Source: Candidatus Poseidoniaceae archaeon (GTDB lineage: Archaea; Thermoplasmatota; Poseidoniia; Poseidoniales; Poseidoniaceae). From it: DNA of 64,000 nt. How positions within the stretch are numbered: the stretch's first letter is position 1; each line of letters begins with the position of its first letter. The DNA is taken from NCBI GenBank assembly GCA_943788655.1, contig CALSRB010000007.1, forward strand, positions 149,774-213,773, given 5' to 3'. The notes under the pieces are model-generated. The model did no database searches. It saw nothing but the letters and a program-made list of their open reading frames with translations, and had not been told where the DNA came from. Shown here in pieces: positions 16,444 through 26,417 of this stretch. Both the position numbers and the translations under genes were made by a program.

Positions 16444-19155
16444 TCAAGCTGATGCTTCATCTTCAGAAGCATCCTCTGCAGCAGGTTCATCTGCAACTTC
16501 GGTCTTCATTGCTTCATCAGTTTCGTCCTCAGACATCATCAAGCGAACACCGTTGGCAATCGAGACGAGTGCCAAGAGGTAGAACAAGACGGTGATGGTG
16601 TCGATAGGGTTGTCGAAGTTGCTCCAGTAGCCAAAGAATTCCTGGTTGGTCACAATCTTGGATTCCAAGTCTTCTGCATCGCTGTCTGTGATTTCTCCTG
16701 AGGAGACAATCTTGAACACCGGCTGGAGGTCGTCGATCGTTGGGGCTTCGTTCATTGCTGTGATTGGCCGAGAATCAAGGTAGAAGTACGATTCAGAACT
16801 TCCTGCGATTGCAGCTTGGCTCACTTGTTCGACGTCCATTGAGACATCGCTACCAAAGTACACTGGTAGAGCGCCGGGCACTGCATCGAGCAAGGTGTCG
16901 GTGTCCAACAACTTTGCTTGGATGTTGCGGGTCAGCGGGTCGAGGGTTGCTGTGCACGTGTCGACTGGGATACCCTTGAGAGTGCGCGTTCCTTCGCAAA
17001 CGATTGGAGCGGTCGCGTAGCCTGAAAGGTCGACGGTGTTGTCACCGTCGGCAAGGAAGCCACCGATGGTGCCAGATCGCTGTTCTGCGCTGACCAAGCC
17101 AAAGGTGTTCGCCATCTTGGCAGGATCCTTCCAGGAGAAGTAAGAACTGCCGTCGATTGCAAGGGTTGTGCCCTTGTCGCAGCTGTCCGATTCACCCGTA
17201 CAGATGGTGTACATAGTTCCGGTTGAGGCAACAATGCCACCGGATCCGTAGTAAGTTGCGTTCGATTCAAGGCTGGTCCAACCGACGGTCATGTCCATCG
17301 GGTTGCCGCTAGCGAGGAAAGCGGACACAGGGTCGTGCCATCCGAGCAACCAGTTGTTGAATTCTTGGCTGAGGTACGGAGATGTCCCAAAGGAATCAAT
17401 GAGGAATTCTGGAACAAAGTCGCCAAAGATGGCTCCAAACATGAAAGCGCGCATGGCGCCAGCAGCATTTTCATCGACGCCGTAAAGGGCTGCAATGGTG
17501 GCTGTGTTCCATTCCATAGGCGTCCCTGGGCCCATGGTTGCGAAGTCAATTGGAGGGGTCATGCCGCTCAATTCTCCGTAGAGGAATACGGTAGCGCCGG
17601 TCGTCGTGGTCAAGCCAAGTGGTCCGTAGAGGACATTTCCTGTTTGTGATTGGTTCAAGTTGACAGCTGGAGCGCCCTCGCTTCCGGGAACAAGTGCTGT
17701 GCCCCATGCTCCACCCATGTTGAGGGAGTTGGTGAGGTAAGGATCGCCGACTGGGCTCATGCCACCGAAGGTTTGGTTGACGAATTGTTCGGCGTTCATG
17801 GTACCAACGCTTCCGAGGAGGCCGAGTTGCACTGAGGTAGCAGAGGTTGCCCATCCGCCAGCCCAAGTTGCGACTGCACCATATTGTTCCATGGTGAGAT
17901 TGTATGCAGCCATAGCGTCTGCAGGCTCCATGGTGAGGAAGGCAGCAAGACCGAAGCCTGTGCCATCAGCGTTTGTAGCAATCAAACCGGTTGGCGTGTC
18001 GGTCATGTGACCAGCGACCATGAGTGCAATGCCGTTTGCACCAGCGAAGTCGACACCCAAGAGGTTGTGAAGTCGGCTGGTGATGTCATCGTTGTTGCTT
18101 GCGTTAAAGTCAGATCCGCCGCCATAGCCAGCCATGCTGCTTCCAACAGCTGCGTACATGGTCCAATCTCGAATAAAGGTCGTGTAGAAGTCGGGAATTG
18201 GGGTCTCAGGGGTACCATCGCCGTCCAAGTCTGCAATGGTATCAATACTGACGTAGCCGTAGGTCGTTGCTCGTGCCATTACAGTGGAGTTTGCCGGATC
18301 TGCCATCACATCAGCGACGAGTGTTTCGGGCTCGCCCATACCGACGAAAGCAACTGGACCTAGAGGGGTCTTCAGCGAGATGTTGAATGCTGCGTCAAAG
18401 GGGTGCATGGTGCTGTCCATGGCAGCGTCAAGAACGCCTGCTGACCAGTCGCCTGATGCGTTGGAGAGGTTATCATCGTTGTTCGCAGCCTTGATGCCTG
18501 CATATGATGCGTCCGCCTTCCATGTTTCTTCTGCTCCTATAGCCCAAAGGTGACAAGGGGCGTACATGCCCATTCCAGCATAACACATGTCTGCTGTTGT
18601 AGCAGTGCCCGCTTGGGTCGTGTTCATGTCTTGGTTGATCATTTGTGCTGCAAATCCGACCTTCGTAAGGTCCATGATGCCGGCCATTGCTGTGCCCGTT
18701 GCACCAATGACTTGTGGCATGAAACCGATGTTGAGTTGGTTGATTTGAACATCACAAGGAACAACGGTGTCGACTGAGCACGCATAGGAAGTGTTCTCGT
18801 GGTAGGTAATCTCGCCAGAAGTGGCGTTGTGTTCCATTAGATGGCGGTCTGAGGTGATGGTGTAAGTGACTGGGCCAACCTGATCGTAGATTGGTTCGTC
18901 ACCAGCAAGAACCCCACCGAGGTTGGTGATGTTCCATGCGTAGAAATCACGGTCCGTACTGGAACTTGCCCAGTCGGCTTCGATTTCTGTGCAGTCGTCG
19001 TTTGAACAGATAGCATCCTTTGGCGCTTCTGCTGTGGCTTCTGCAACTGCATCAGGCACGGCGCCTGTGGCAATTGGGGCGATTAGGGCTAGGTTCAATA
19101 TGAGGAACATAAGACCTGCCCCGAGCATTGCTTTATCCGATTTTAATATCGACAT
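16444..19155 (-). CDS. two-TM surface protein with CD36/LIMP-2/SR-B-family-like blocks and a large insertion
   Basis: N-terminal TM (LGAGLMFLILNLALIAPIA) and C-terminal TM (ITVLFYLLALVSIANGVRLMM) followed by an acidic tail. The luminal part contains DFYAWNITNLGG..EPIYDQVGPVTYTI, NWLLGWHDPVSAFL, LKGIPVDTC, LPVYFGSD and YFYLDSRPITA, in the same order as the conserved CD36-family blocks (see finding). Confidence 0.55.
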   Translation of the reverse strand: MSILKSDKAMLGAGLMFLILNLALIAPIATGAVPDAVAEATAEAPKDAICSNDDCTEIEADWASSSTDRDFYAWNITNLGGVLAGDEPIYDQVGPVTYTITSDRHLMEHNATSGEITYHENTSYACSVDTVVPCDVQINQLNIGFMPQVIGATGTAMAGIMDLTKVGFAAQMINQDMNTTQAGTATTADMCYAGMGMYAPCHLWAIGAEETWKADASYAGIKAANNDDNLSNASGDWSAGVLDAAMDSTMHPFDAAFNISLKTPLGPVAFVGMGEPETLVADVMADPANSTVMARATTYGYVSIDTIADLDGDGTPETPIPDFYTTFIRDWTMYAAVGSSMAGYGGGSDFNASNNDDITSRLHNLLGVDFAGANGIALMVAGHMTDTPTGLIATNADGTGFGLAAFLTMEPADAMAAYNLTMEQYGAVATWAGGWATSATSVQLGLLGSVGTMNAEQFVNQTFGGMSPVGDPYLTNSLNMGGAWGTALVPGSEGAPAVNLNQSQTGNVLYGPLGLTTTTGATVFLYGELSGMTPPIDFATMGPGTPMEWNTATIAALYGVDENAAGAMRAFMFGAIFGDFVPEFLIDSFGTSPYLSQEFNNWLLGWHDPVSAFLASGNPMDMTVGWTSLESNATYYGSGGIVASTGTMYTICTGESDSCDKGTTLAIDGSSYFSWKDPAKMANTFGLVSAEQRSGTIGGFLADGDNTVDLSGYATAPIVCEGTRTLKGIPVDTCTATLDPLTRNIQAKLLDTDTLLDAVPGALPVYFGSDVSMDVEQVSQAAIAGSSESYFYLDSRPITAMNEAPTIDDLQPVFKIVSSGEITDSDAEDLESKIVTNQEFFGYWSNFDNPIDTITVLFYLLALVSIANGVRLMMSEDETDEAMKTEVADEPAAEDASEDEASA

Positions 19156-19179
19156 AAACAGATAAGGAAAGCAATTGTG

Positions 19180-19187
19180 GTATAAGC
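19180..19187 (-). promoter_or_regulatory. TATA-like GCTTATAC about 29 nt upstream of the ATG at 19155
   Basis: The minus strand reads ATGCTTATACC. The spacing suggests a leaderless or very short-leader mRNA. Confidence 0.3.
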
Positions 19188-19292
19188 ATTGGTGCGTTTT
19201 ACAACACCAAGTGCACCATCTTGAAGAATTTGGCTTGCGCCGATGGGCTCAGTCATCGGTGCGGTCATGAACAAGCAGTTGCACGCAACATC

Positions 19293-20657
19293 ATGGCCGA
19301 GGGGGGAGACGAACGCATCGACCTCCCCGGCTGGCCCGGCCATGTATGGCTTGAAGGGCGCACCCTTGTCCACATGCAAGAGGAACAGGAACGTCCAACT
19401 CACATGCCAAGAGGGCCTGCCAAACGCACAGGGCCTGGTTTTCTCAATCCAGCAATGGCCCCGGCTCGGACGCGCAGTGTGATGTTGTTAGCGGACGCAC
19501 TTGAGCACGACTGGTTAGTCAAGGCCGATCGCCCCATTCGTGCACTCGATGCATTGTGCGCAACAGGTGTTCGCATTCGACGTTGGCGAAATGAAATTCC
19601 CGGGCCGCTTCAGCAGCGACTGCGCATCACGGCCAACGACTTGGACGAATTCGCACTCGCATGGGCCGCAACATCTCATGAACTTCATCCACCTTCGACG
19701 CCAGTTGAACACGAGGCCGAAGACGATCGTCACGGTCAGAAATCCTCTGCGGTGTTCGACAACGGACTCCACTTTCAACGCCTTGATGCCCGAATGGCCA
19801 TGGTTGATGCCGCCTATCAATGGGTGGATTTGGATCCGTTTGGCTCACCCATTCAATTCCTTGATGCCGCTTTGCAGAGTCTTTCGCGCACTGGGGTGCT
19901 GGAGGTGACGGCCACAGATACCGCTGCACTGACTGGATCTTCAGCCTCGAGTCAGGCACGACGTTATCAGGCCAAAGGAATCGTTGATGAGTACGCTCAT
20001 GACGATGCAGTGAGGTTGTTGGTGGGGACTGTTGCCACAACCGCTGCAAGGCTCGACAAGGTTGTCACCCCCCTTCTTGCATTGTTCGATGGCCATCATG
20101 TTCGAATTTCTTTGCTGGTCAGAACAAGCAAATCAGAAGCCACTGCGATTGGCAAATCGATTGGATGGCGAGTAAGAACGGAGGGGGTCCCCTATCAATT
20201 CGTTCAGCATCCTACACCTGAGCAATTGCCAAATGCGAGTGGTCCGTTGTGGATTGGACCATTGTGGCACAAGGACATCGCAGGCCGAATGACAGAGGCG
20301 CGCGCCTTGGAATTGTGTTCACCGAGCGCTGAGGAAATCACAGAATATCAGAAAGCTGGCTTGGTATGGGGTGACGATGACATCGAATACTCGGGTCGGG
20401 AATTACGAAGAAGCGTGCGGTACATCGCACAAGCTGCCGACCTCATGAGCAGGGAGCATTTGCTGCTCAACCTCGATGCGTTGCCCCGTTTAGCTGGCGT
20501 GGGAGGGGCGCCGAAAATGGATAAACTGCTCGAATCGCTCGCTGAAATGGGCCACGCTTCCGCACGCTATCCGGATTTGGAACCAATGCTTGTGACCGAT
20601 GCACCGTTTGACGATGTAATTCAAGCGGTGAAGAACGCTCGTGATTCAACCGACTGA
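19293..20657 (+). CDS. trm1: tRNA (guanine26-N2)-dimethyltransferase
   Basis: FLNPAMAPARTRSV, ALDALCATGVR, DLDPFGSPIQFLDAA and VTATDTAALTG are Trm1 blocks. ATG at 19293 chosen (the ORF is open from 19221). Confidence 0.85.
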   Translation: MAEGGDERIDLPGWPGHVWLEGRTLVHMQEEQERPTHMPRGPAKRTGPGFLNPAMAPARTRSVMLLADALEHDWLVKADRPIRALDALCATGVRIRRWRNEIPGPLQQRLRITANDLDEFALAWAATSHELHPPSTPVEHEAEDDRHGQKSSAVFDNGLHFQRLDARMAMVDAAYQWVDLDPFGSPIQFLDAALQSLSRTGVLEVTATDTAALTGSSASSQARRYQAKGIVDEYAHDDAVRLLVGTVATTAARLDKVVTPLLALFDGHHVRISLLVRTSKSEATAIGKSIGWRVRTEGVPYQFVQHPTPEQLPNASGPLWIGPLWHKDIAGRMTEARALELCSPSAEEITEYQKAGLVWGDDDIEYSGRELRRSVRYIAQAADLMSREHLLLNLDALPRLAGVGGAPKMDKLLESLAEMGHASARYPDLEPMLVTDAPFDDVIQAVKNARDSTD

Positions 20658-21407
20658 AGGGTCGCGTGATGGATCGTCCAACACATCAATTTCAGGACCG
20701 GGGAGCATTGTCCTTGAATTTTCAATGACTTCTTGGACGCTCGATTCGATGGTCTGTGCGTTTTCAAGGAGTTCGGTCAGCGGAATTTCAATGCCTGTCA
20801 ACTCGCCAATCGCTTCCACAGCAAGAGCCGCTGCACGAGCATCGGGGTAAAGCGGGCTGGCTTCTGCAAGAAGGGCGGTGACATCGATGCCAAGTCGGTC
20901 GCCTTCGCCGAGTAAGAAACCTGTAATTCCGGCCACAATGCCTTGTTGAATTGGTTCGATTCCGGAATTACGAAGTCGAGCACGGGCTGCTTCGGATGAG
21001 CCGACACCAAACAATTGACCTGTGGTCACATCTCCAGATGCAACCAATCCATCGATAATGATCAGGCGATCAAAACTGCCCTTCGTGAACCATTCCAGCA
21101 CCGTTGATGCGAACATGATGTCTTGTTCATTCTTGAACTGAATTTCAGAAGTAAAGACACCGATGCCGTCGCCTTGATAGACACGCACGGGGTGTTTTGG
21201 AACCTCGTTGTGGATGAGTGCGACCGCAGGGAACTCCGCATTGAGAACTGTCCCGAGCTGCCGCATTTTGAGAGTCTTGATGATGTGTGAGGCAGCGATG
21301 ACACCAACCATTCCAGCTGTCGTAAACCCTGCGATGGCAACACCGCCAGTTCGTGGATCTGCACCGTCTTGCAAAACAAGTGCGTACCCCTTGAACTCAT
21401 GCTCCAT
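20646..21407 (-). CDS. PAC2-family proteasome assembly chaperone (paralog 1)
   Basis: VAIAGFTTAGMVGVIAASHII ... LYPDARAAALAVEAI is the PAC2-family pattern. It overlaps the trm1 3' end by 12 nt (convergent). Confidence 0.7.
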   Translation of the reverse strand: MEHEFKGYALVLQDGADPRTGGVAIAGFTTAGMVGVIAASHIIKTLKMRQLGTVLNAEFPAVALIHNEVPKHPVRVYQGDGIGVFTSEIQFKNEQDIMFASTVLEWFTKGSFDRLIIIDGLVASGDVTTGQLFGVGSSEAARARLRNSGIEPIQQGIVAGITGFLLGEGDRLGIDVTALLAEASPLYPDARAAALAVEAIGELTGIEIPLTELLENAQTIESSVQEVIENSRTMLPGPEIDVLDDPSRDPSVG

Positions 21408-21464
21408 GAAACGGCCTCCGTTCTGGGGGTGACAATGGCTCTATGAAAAGACCTACGATGGGGT

Positions 21465-24400
21465 TTAGTCTTCCCAAACAGCCCAGTCTTCCCAGCCTTC
21501 TTCTCGGTACCACCAAACGCCTTCTTCATCTTCCCACCACTCAGTGCCATTTTCATCGACACTGATGCCGTCGTCATCTTCGCCTTCCTCGCTTGTTTCT
21601 TCGTCTTCGAGTGCTTCCTCAAGGTCTTCGACTTCCGTCTCGTCATAGGACTCGACTGTGTTGTTGTCGAATTCATCGAAGAGGCTGGGCCGTTGATCTT
21701 TCGGACCTTCGATGTCGTCCAGTGACCGTCCTTCATTGTGCAATTGATCGAGTGACTTACTGGTTGGTTTGGTTGGTTTTTCGATGATTTCGGGTTCAAC
21801 ATCATCAATTGATTCTGCATACCAATCGTCTTCTTCATCGTCAGACTTTCGCAGCAGGATGACACCTGCGCCACCTGCGATGAGCGCAAGGATGCCAATG
21901 ATGCTTCCAATGATGAGTGGGGCATTGCTCTTGGTGCCATCTGAATCGGTGTCGACTGGGGTGTCAACTTCCGGTGCTTCGCCAAGCGTCCATTGCAATT
22001 CACCTTCAGTGCTTGCTGTGGGCGTGGTCATGGAGTCACACTGATTGGCTCCGCCGAGTTCCGAGCATGAGAAGAAAACAACGTAGCCCACACCCTGAAT
22101 TCCTGGGAACAAACCATCGGATGGCCCATTGCGAACCGGCGAGAATTCCACTTGGACTGAGCCCTCCGCAGAAATGGTGATGATTGGCGCACTGCCCACA
22201 CCAAAAGGCGCCTCAAAGGTGACTGGCGGAGGGGTTGTTGGCGTCACTTTCCAAGAAAACCCGAGGAACACATCAAACGGATTCGGATTGGTGATGGTAC
22301 ACATGATGGGGGCATCGGTGCCATCGTCAATCCAAGGGTAGGTCGCTGTCCCACAATCAACAGCGCCTGGTAGTGTGGCGTCTGGGAATGTGGGCTCTTG
22401 TGTGGTGTTGGTGTCGTTCGTACCGTTGCCACCTGTGGTTTGATTGGAGCCCGTATCTGGGCCACCGGTGAAGGTGAACATGAGTGGGTTCATTGAAGGG
22501 ACAATCCATGATTTTGATGCATCGGAAGTGAGGACAAGTGTGTCGGTCGCATTGGCCGTTCCCGAGAGGATGATTTGCCCACCTTTGACTTCCACATCGC
22601 CTGTGCTGGTGACATTACCGCTCGCATCCTTTTGTTCCCATGTGTATACAAGGCCCTCAAGGTATGTGTTCTGAGTTGGCAATTCAGCAACGATGTTCAC
22701 TTCGAGGTCGAAGACGCCCTCGTCGTCAAGATTGAGTTGGGTCCCCTGCGTGGTAATGTCTGCTCGCAGGAGCCCAAGACCTTGGAGGGTCAAGTTCGCG
22801 GGTCCAACCGGTTGCATGGTTGGCGATCCGGTCGTGCCGAGGTATTCGATCGTCATCGAGGCGCTGTCAAAGAAGGTGATGAACGTCCCGCCAAGTTCGG
22901 TCAGGTCTTCTGCTTCGATGGCTTGCCACACTCCTGATGAGTCGGTCGTTCCAGAGAGTTCAACATCGACCCCTGATGCCTCAATGGTGAGGCTTACGAG
23001 TTCCCCTTCAAGGGGCACACCGTCTGCAGTCAACGTGATGTTGAGGTGCAGGGAATCGAGCGCGCTCAGGCCAAAACCACCATCATCGTACGTACTTGAG
23101 GTCGAAAGATCGTACTCGATCAAGGCCGTGCGTTGGGAATTGTTGAGAGAGATCACGGGTCCGAGGGCGCTGAACGAAGTGGTTGCGTTTCCGTACTCAT
23201 CGAACGCAACAACTGCAGCATAGTAATCTGTGCCGTCGATGATTGTGAGGCCTTCATCAACCGTTGAAAGAACCATGATTTGGTTTTCAGTCGAGTGTTC
23301 AATGGTGGCAATCGGTTGCAATACGTCAATTTCTTCAATGGCTTGGGTTTCGAGGTAGACCCCGTATTCAACAGCGCCATCAATGGAAATATTCCAAGAA
23401 AGATCGAGCGAACCCCCCTCATCACCAGGGGTGTCAACGAAATTGAAACCTGCCACTGCGGCCGGGGGGGCCGGGAAAGGAACGGTGACCGTTAGAGGGG
23501 CAGACATGTTGCTCGTCACGCCATAGGAATGCAGCGAGCGAACGCCGTAGACATACGAAGTTCCATGGTCAACTTCGCCATCAACCGTCGTATTGGCGCC
23601 TGATGTTGTGTAAGGGGAGGTCAAGTCAAACGAAACACCGGGTGCTGCCCTAAACACTTCGAATTCAATCAAGTCATCACCGAATTCAATCATGTCTTGC
23701 CATTCGAGTTGAACACGATCTGAAGTTAACTCTGTCACAGAAACGACAGGGGTTGGGGGCAGCGAAATGTTCGGCGCACCGGGGCTGTATTGAGCAACCA
23801 GTCCGGACACGGAAAAGACGCCAGAGAGTGTTGAATTCACTGGAAGAGTGACAACAAAGTTACCAACACCTGCCGTTTGTTGTTGGTTGATGATGTTGGT
23901 CAGGTTTCCTGCCGAAAACGGATTGTTTTCAACAATGAAGTCTGCATCGTAGCCGATGTCCATCGAAGAGAGGTTGAAGGTCCCATCAGCCGTGTTTGTG
24001 AAAGCAAAGCTGACGCTGGAGAGACGCACGCCATAGCCATCTGCGTTGTATGGCAACGCATTCATCAGCGGCGAGAGTCTTGAGGTCATGTTGCCCAATG
24101 GGTCGAGGATGTACAGTGGTTCCATGCCGTACGCTGCATCACCTGCATAGCCTTCGACACCAAGGTCATCCTGGCCATCATCATCAATGTCCATTGTCAC
24201 ATGTTGCCAGCTGGCGATGAACAATCCGCTGGAAAGTTCACCTGCAGCCACGATGTGTTCAACAACGCCATCACCGTTCATGTCGATTGCTTTGACATTG
24301 GTTGGAATGGACCATGGTTGGACCACGGAGGTGCTCACCCCCACTGCGGTTGAGTTGAGAGCGTACGCTGTGAGGTTCCCCTCCACCGTCAGTGCGCTTC

Positions 24401-25736
24401 CATCGCTTGATCCGCCGAAAGGCACAACGAGCGAAGCAAGCCCGTCGCCATCGTGATCAAACACAGAGGCATTGTTCAGTTGAACGGTTGTTAGGTGGTC
24501 TGTAGTGTTCCACTGCGAGCCATCGTTTTGAGCGACCGTGTAGCCCAGTTGATTGCTACCAATGAAATCGATATCGCCGTCGCCGTCGATATCTCCTGCA
24601 ATTATATCCGATTCAAGACCATCGAAGTGGTTCGGGTTTTCGCTGATGCCGCTCCCGTTGGTCCACCCAAGCGGGGTGCTGTGCCCAAACAGGTCGGTTA
24701 CAACCACTGAGAAGACTGTTGAGTTTGCAGCAAAGTGTCCTGATACCATCGAAACAAGCGTGGTAGGGTTCGCGCTGTTGTTCATGTTCACAGATTGCGT
24801 GAGATTGGCTGCAAAACTGCTTGTCTTGCTGTTGTAAGTGCGCAGAGCAAACGTGCCGCCTGTGTGAATTGAGACGAGGTCGGCATAACCGTCCAAATCG
24901 AAATCACCGACAGAGGCTGAGATGCTGTTGCTGTAAAGAGAAATGCCTTGTGCTGCGCCGATTGCCCCTGTTGAGGCGTTCATAATGTGCACACATGCAA
25001 GATCAGAGCCATAGGCAAAGGCAACCAAATCATCATGGCCGTCACCATTGAAATCGCCCGTAGCAACCTCAGAAGATCCGGCGCATGTTTGAACCCATGA
25101 AGAGGTGTTCAATCCAGCGTTCGACGTCCAATCGACAATCATGAGGGCGGAGTTGAAACTTGTAGTGGCGGAATCGCTCGAAAGCACCACCACCTCGGGT
25201 AATGTATCGTTGTCCACGTCCCCTGAAGTGTAGTCGTTCACTGCACCAATTGGTAGCAATCCGCCATTGACATCAGGAGCGAAGGAGGCGTTCACTTCGG
25301 CCGTATCAATCGACGCTCCAAACGGCAAGAAGATTGGCGGGGAACTGACCATACCTGTCGAATGGAAATCGACTGATGTATTGCCGTTGAAGAAAGAATT
25401 CTGATGGCCGAGGTCCCCGTAACCAGACCCTTCGAAGGCCCATTCTTTGACGCCGTCTTGACCAATGTCAATATACACTTGCCCAGGTGTTGCGACTTCA
25501 TCTCTAGCGCTTACCAAAAAAGAAGCTGAGTCGAAGGTGACGTTTCTTGGAACTTCGATGCCGAGGGATGTATCGACCTGCCCACCCGTCAAGGTGAGCG
25601 TCGGGCTAGCTTGTCCACCGTCAAAGGTACTCACAGTGCCGCTTGTCGGATTTGCAGCAGCCGGCATGAGTGCAACTGTTTGGAGGAGAAGGAGGAGAAC
25701 GAGCAAGAATGAGCCTGTGCGGTTCGGGTGTTCCAT
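21465..25736 (-). CDS. giant surface protein with FG-GAP/integrin-alpha-like repeats, a single C-terminal TM and an acidic Trp-rich tail
   Basis: Signal peptide GSFLLVLLLLLQTVALMPAAA. FG-GAP calcium loops GDFNGDGHDDLV, GDFDLDGYADLV, GDIDGDGDIDFIG, DHDGDGLASLV, DMNGDGVVEHIV. There are FN3/Ig-like segments, the TM LIIGSIIGILALIAGGAGVILL and a 128-aa tail ending TEWWEDEEGVWWYREEGWEDWAVWED. Confidence 0.8.
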   Translation of the reverse strand: MEHPNRTGSFLLVLLLLLQTVALMPAAANPTSGTVSTFDGGQASPTLTLTGGQVDTSLGIEVPRNVTFDSASFLVSARDEVATPGQVYIDIGQDGVKEWAFEGSGYGDLGHQNSFFNGNTSVDFHSTGMVSSPPIFLPFGASIDTAEVNASFAPDVNGGLLPIGAVNDYTSGDVDNDTLPEVVVLSSDSATTSFNSALMIVDWTSNAGLNTSSWVQTCAGSSEVATGDFNGDGHDDLVAFAYGSDLACVHIMNASTGAIGAAQGISLYSNSISASVGDFDLDGYADLVSIHTGGTFALRTYNSKTSSFAANLTQSVNMNNSANPTTLVSMVSGHFAANSTVFSVVVTDLFGHSTPLGWTNGSGISENPNHFDGLESDIIAGDIDGDGDIDFIGSNQLGYTVAQNDGSQWNTTDHLTTVQLNNASVFDHDGDGLASLVVPFGGSSDGSALTVEGNLTAYALNSTAVGVSTSVVQPWSIPTNVKAIDMNGDGVVEHIVAAGELSSGLFIASWQHVTMDIDDDGQDDLGVEGYAGDAAYGMEPLYILDPLGNMTSRLSPLMNALPYNADGYGVRLSSVSFAFTNTADGTFNLSSMDIGYDADFIVENNPFSAGNLTNIINQQQTAGVGNFVVTLPVNSTLSGVFSVSGLVAQYSPGAPNISLPPTPVVSVTELTSDRVQLEWQDMIEFGDDLIEFEVFRAAPGVSFDLTSPYTTSGANTTVDGEVDHGTSYVYGVRSLHSYGVTSNMSAPLTVTVPFPAPPAAVAGFNFVDTPGDEGGSLDLSWNISIDGAVEYGVYLETQAIEEIDVLQPIATIEHSTENQIMVLSTVDEGLTIIDGTDYYAAVVAFDEYGNATTSFSALGPVISLNNSQRTALIEYDLSTSSTYDDGGFGLSALDSLHLNITLTADGVPLEGELVSLTIEASGVDVELSGTTDSSGVWQAIEAEDLTELGGTFITFFDSASMTIEYLGTTGSPTMQPVGPANLTLQGLGLLRADITTQGTQLNLDDEGVFDLEVNIVAELPTQNTYLEGLVYTWEQKDASGNVTSTGDVEVKGGQIILSGTANATDTLVLTSDASKSWIVPSMNPLMFTFTGGPDTGSNQTTGGNGTNDTNTTQEPTFPDATLPGAVDCGTATYPWIDDGTDAPIMCTITNPNPFDVFLGFSWKVTPTTPPPVTFEAPFGVGSAPIITISAEGSVQVEFSPVRNGPSDGLFPGIQGVGYVVFFSCSELGGANQCDSMTTPTASTEGELQWTLGEAPEVDTPVDTDSDGTKSNAPLIIGSIIGILALIAGGAGVILLRKSDDEEDDWYAESIDDVEPEIIEKPTKPTSKSLDQLHNEGRSLDDIEGPKDQRPSLFDEFDNNTVESYDETEVEDLEEALEDEETSEEGEDDDGISVDENGTEWWEDEEGVWWYREEGWEDWAVWED

Positions 25737-25907
25737 GGTGTTCACGATGTGACTGTGGGTGGACGCCCTTCAAGTTCCTTACGGCGAAGTTGGAGAGTAT
25801 ACGGGAAAAAGCGGTGTTCTCCTGTTGATTCAGGCGTGTTTGTATGTTGACGAGAATTCTAAAGGGTTATAGTACACAGGTTAGAACTAACAATTGAGGA
25901 GAACACC

Positions 25908-26408
25908 TTGGAAGCAACCACAAAAATTTCTGTCATCGCCGGTGATATCGAAATCGACCTTGAAGGAGCCGCTATGGAAGTCGAAGAGCAATTGCTCCTC
26001 CACCGTCAAGACGACACATGGACCATCATGCTCGGGCGGCTTGCCCAAGCCAGAAGCGATGCACTTGAAGCCGCAGTTTCTGCAGCCAAGGAAAAGGGCC
26101 TACCTGAACGTGGTTCAGCGTTCAGAGTGCTCCTCGACACATGCTCGCTTGAGCGAAAACCCGACCAAGTCTTGGGCGCAATCCACTACCTCCGGGGTGT
26201 TGAGGGCGTTGATGATAGCCCTCCAAGAGTCATCAATCAATTGTTTGAAGACGCTAAAATCGCGCCACCTGGCAACCTTTCACTCTACCTAAATCGTTTG
26301 AGGGAACGCAATTTCTTGATGATCCCTCCCGGCAAGGAAGATAAGAACCGTTTTGCCCATCTTACCGAAGAAGGAAGGGCGCACCTTGACAAACGATCCA
26401 CCGCCTGA
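25908..26408 (+). CDS. hypothetical protein, possible winged-helix DNA-binding C-terminus
   Basis: TTG start 6 nt after GAGGAG. The C-terminal NLSLYLNRLRERNFLMIPP...NRFAHLTEEGRAHL resembles a wHTH recognition helix plus wing. Weak call. Confidence 0.35.
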   Translation: MEATTKISVIAGDIEIDLEGAAMEVEEQLLLHRQDDTWTIMLGRLAQARSDALEAAVSAAKEKGLPERGSAFRVLLDTCSLERKPDQVLGAIHYLRGVEGVDDSPPRVINQLFEDAKIAPPGNLSLYLNRLRERNFLMIPPGKEDKNRFAHLTEEGRAHLDKRSTA

Positions 26409-26417
26409 GGTGCAATC

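Noticed and set aside
21062-22003. 313-aa minus-strand ORF spanning the PAC2 gene 5' region and the FG-GAP gene 3' end
   Set aside because: It is in an alternate frame to two well-supported genes and crosses their intergenic gap. The translation is Ser/Lys/Thr low-complexity.
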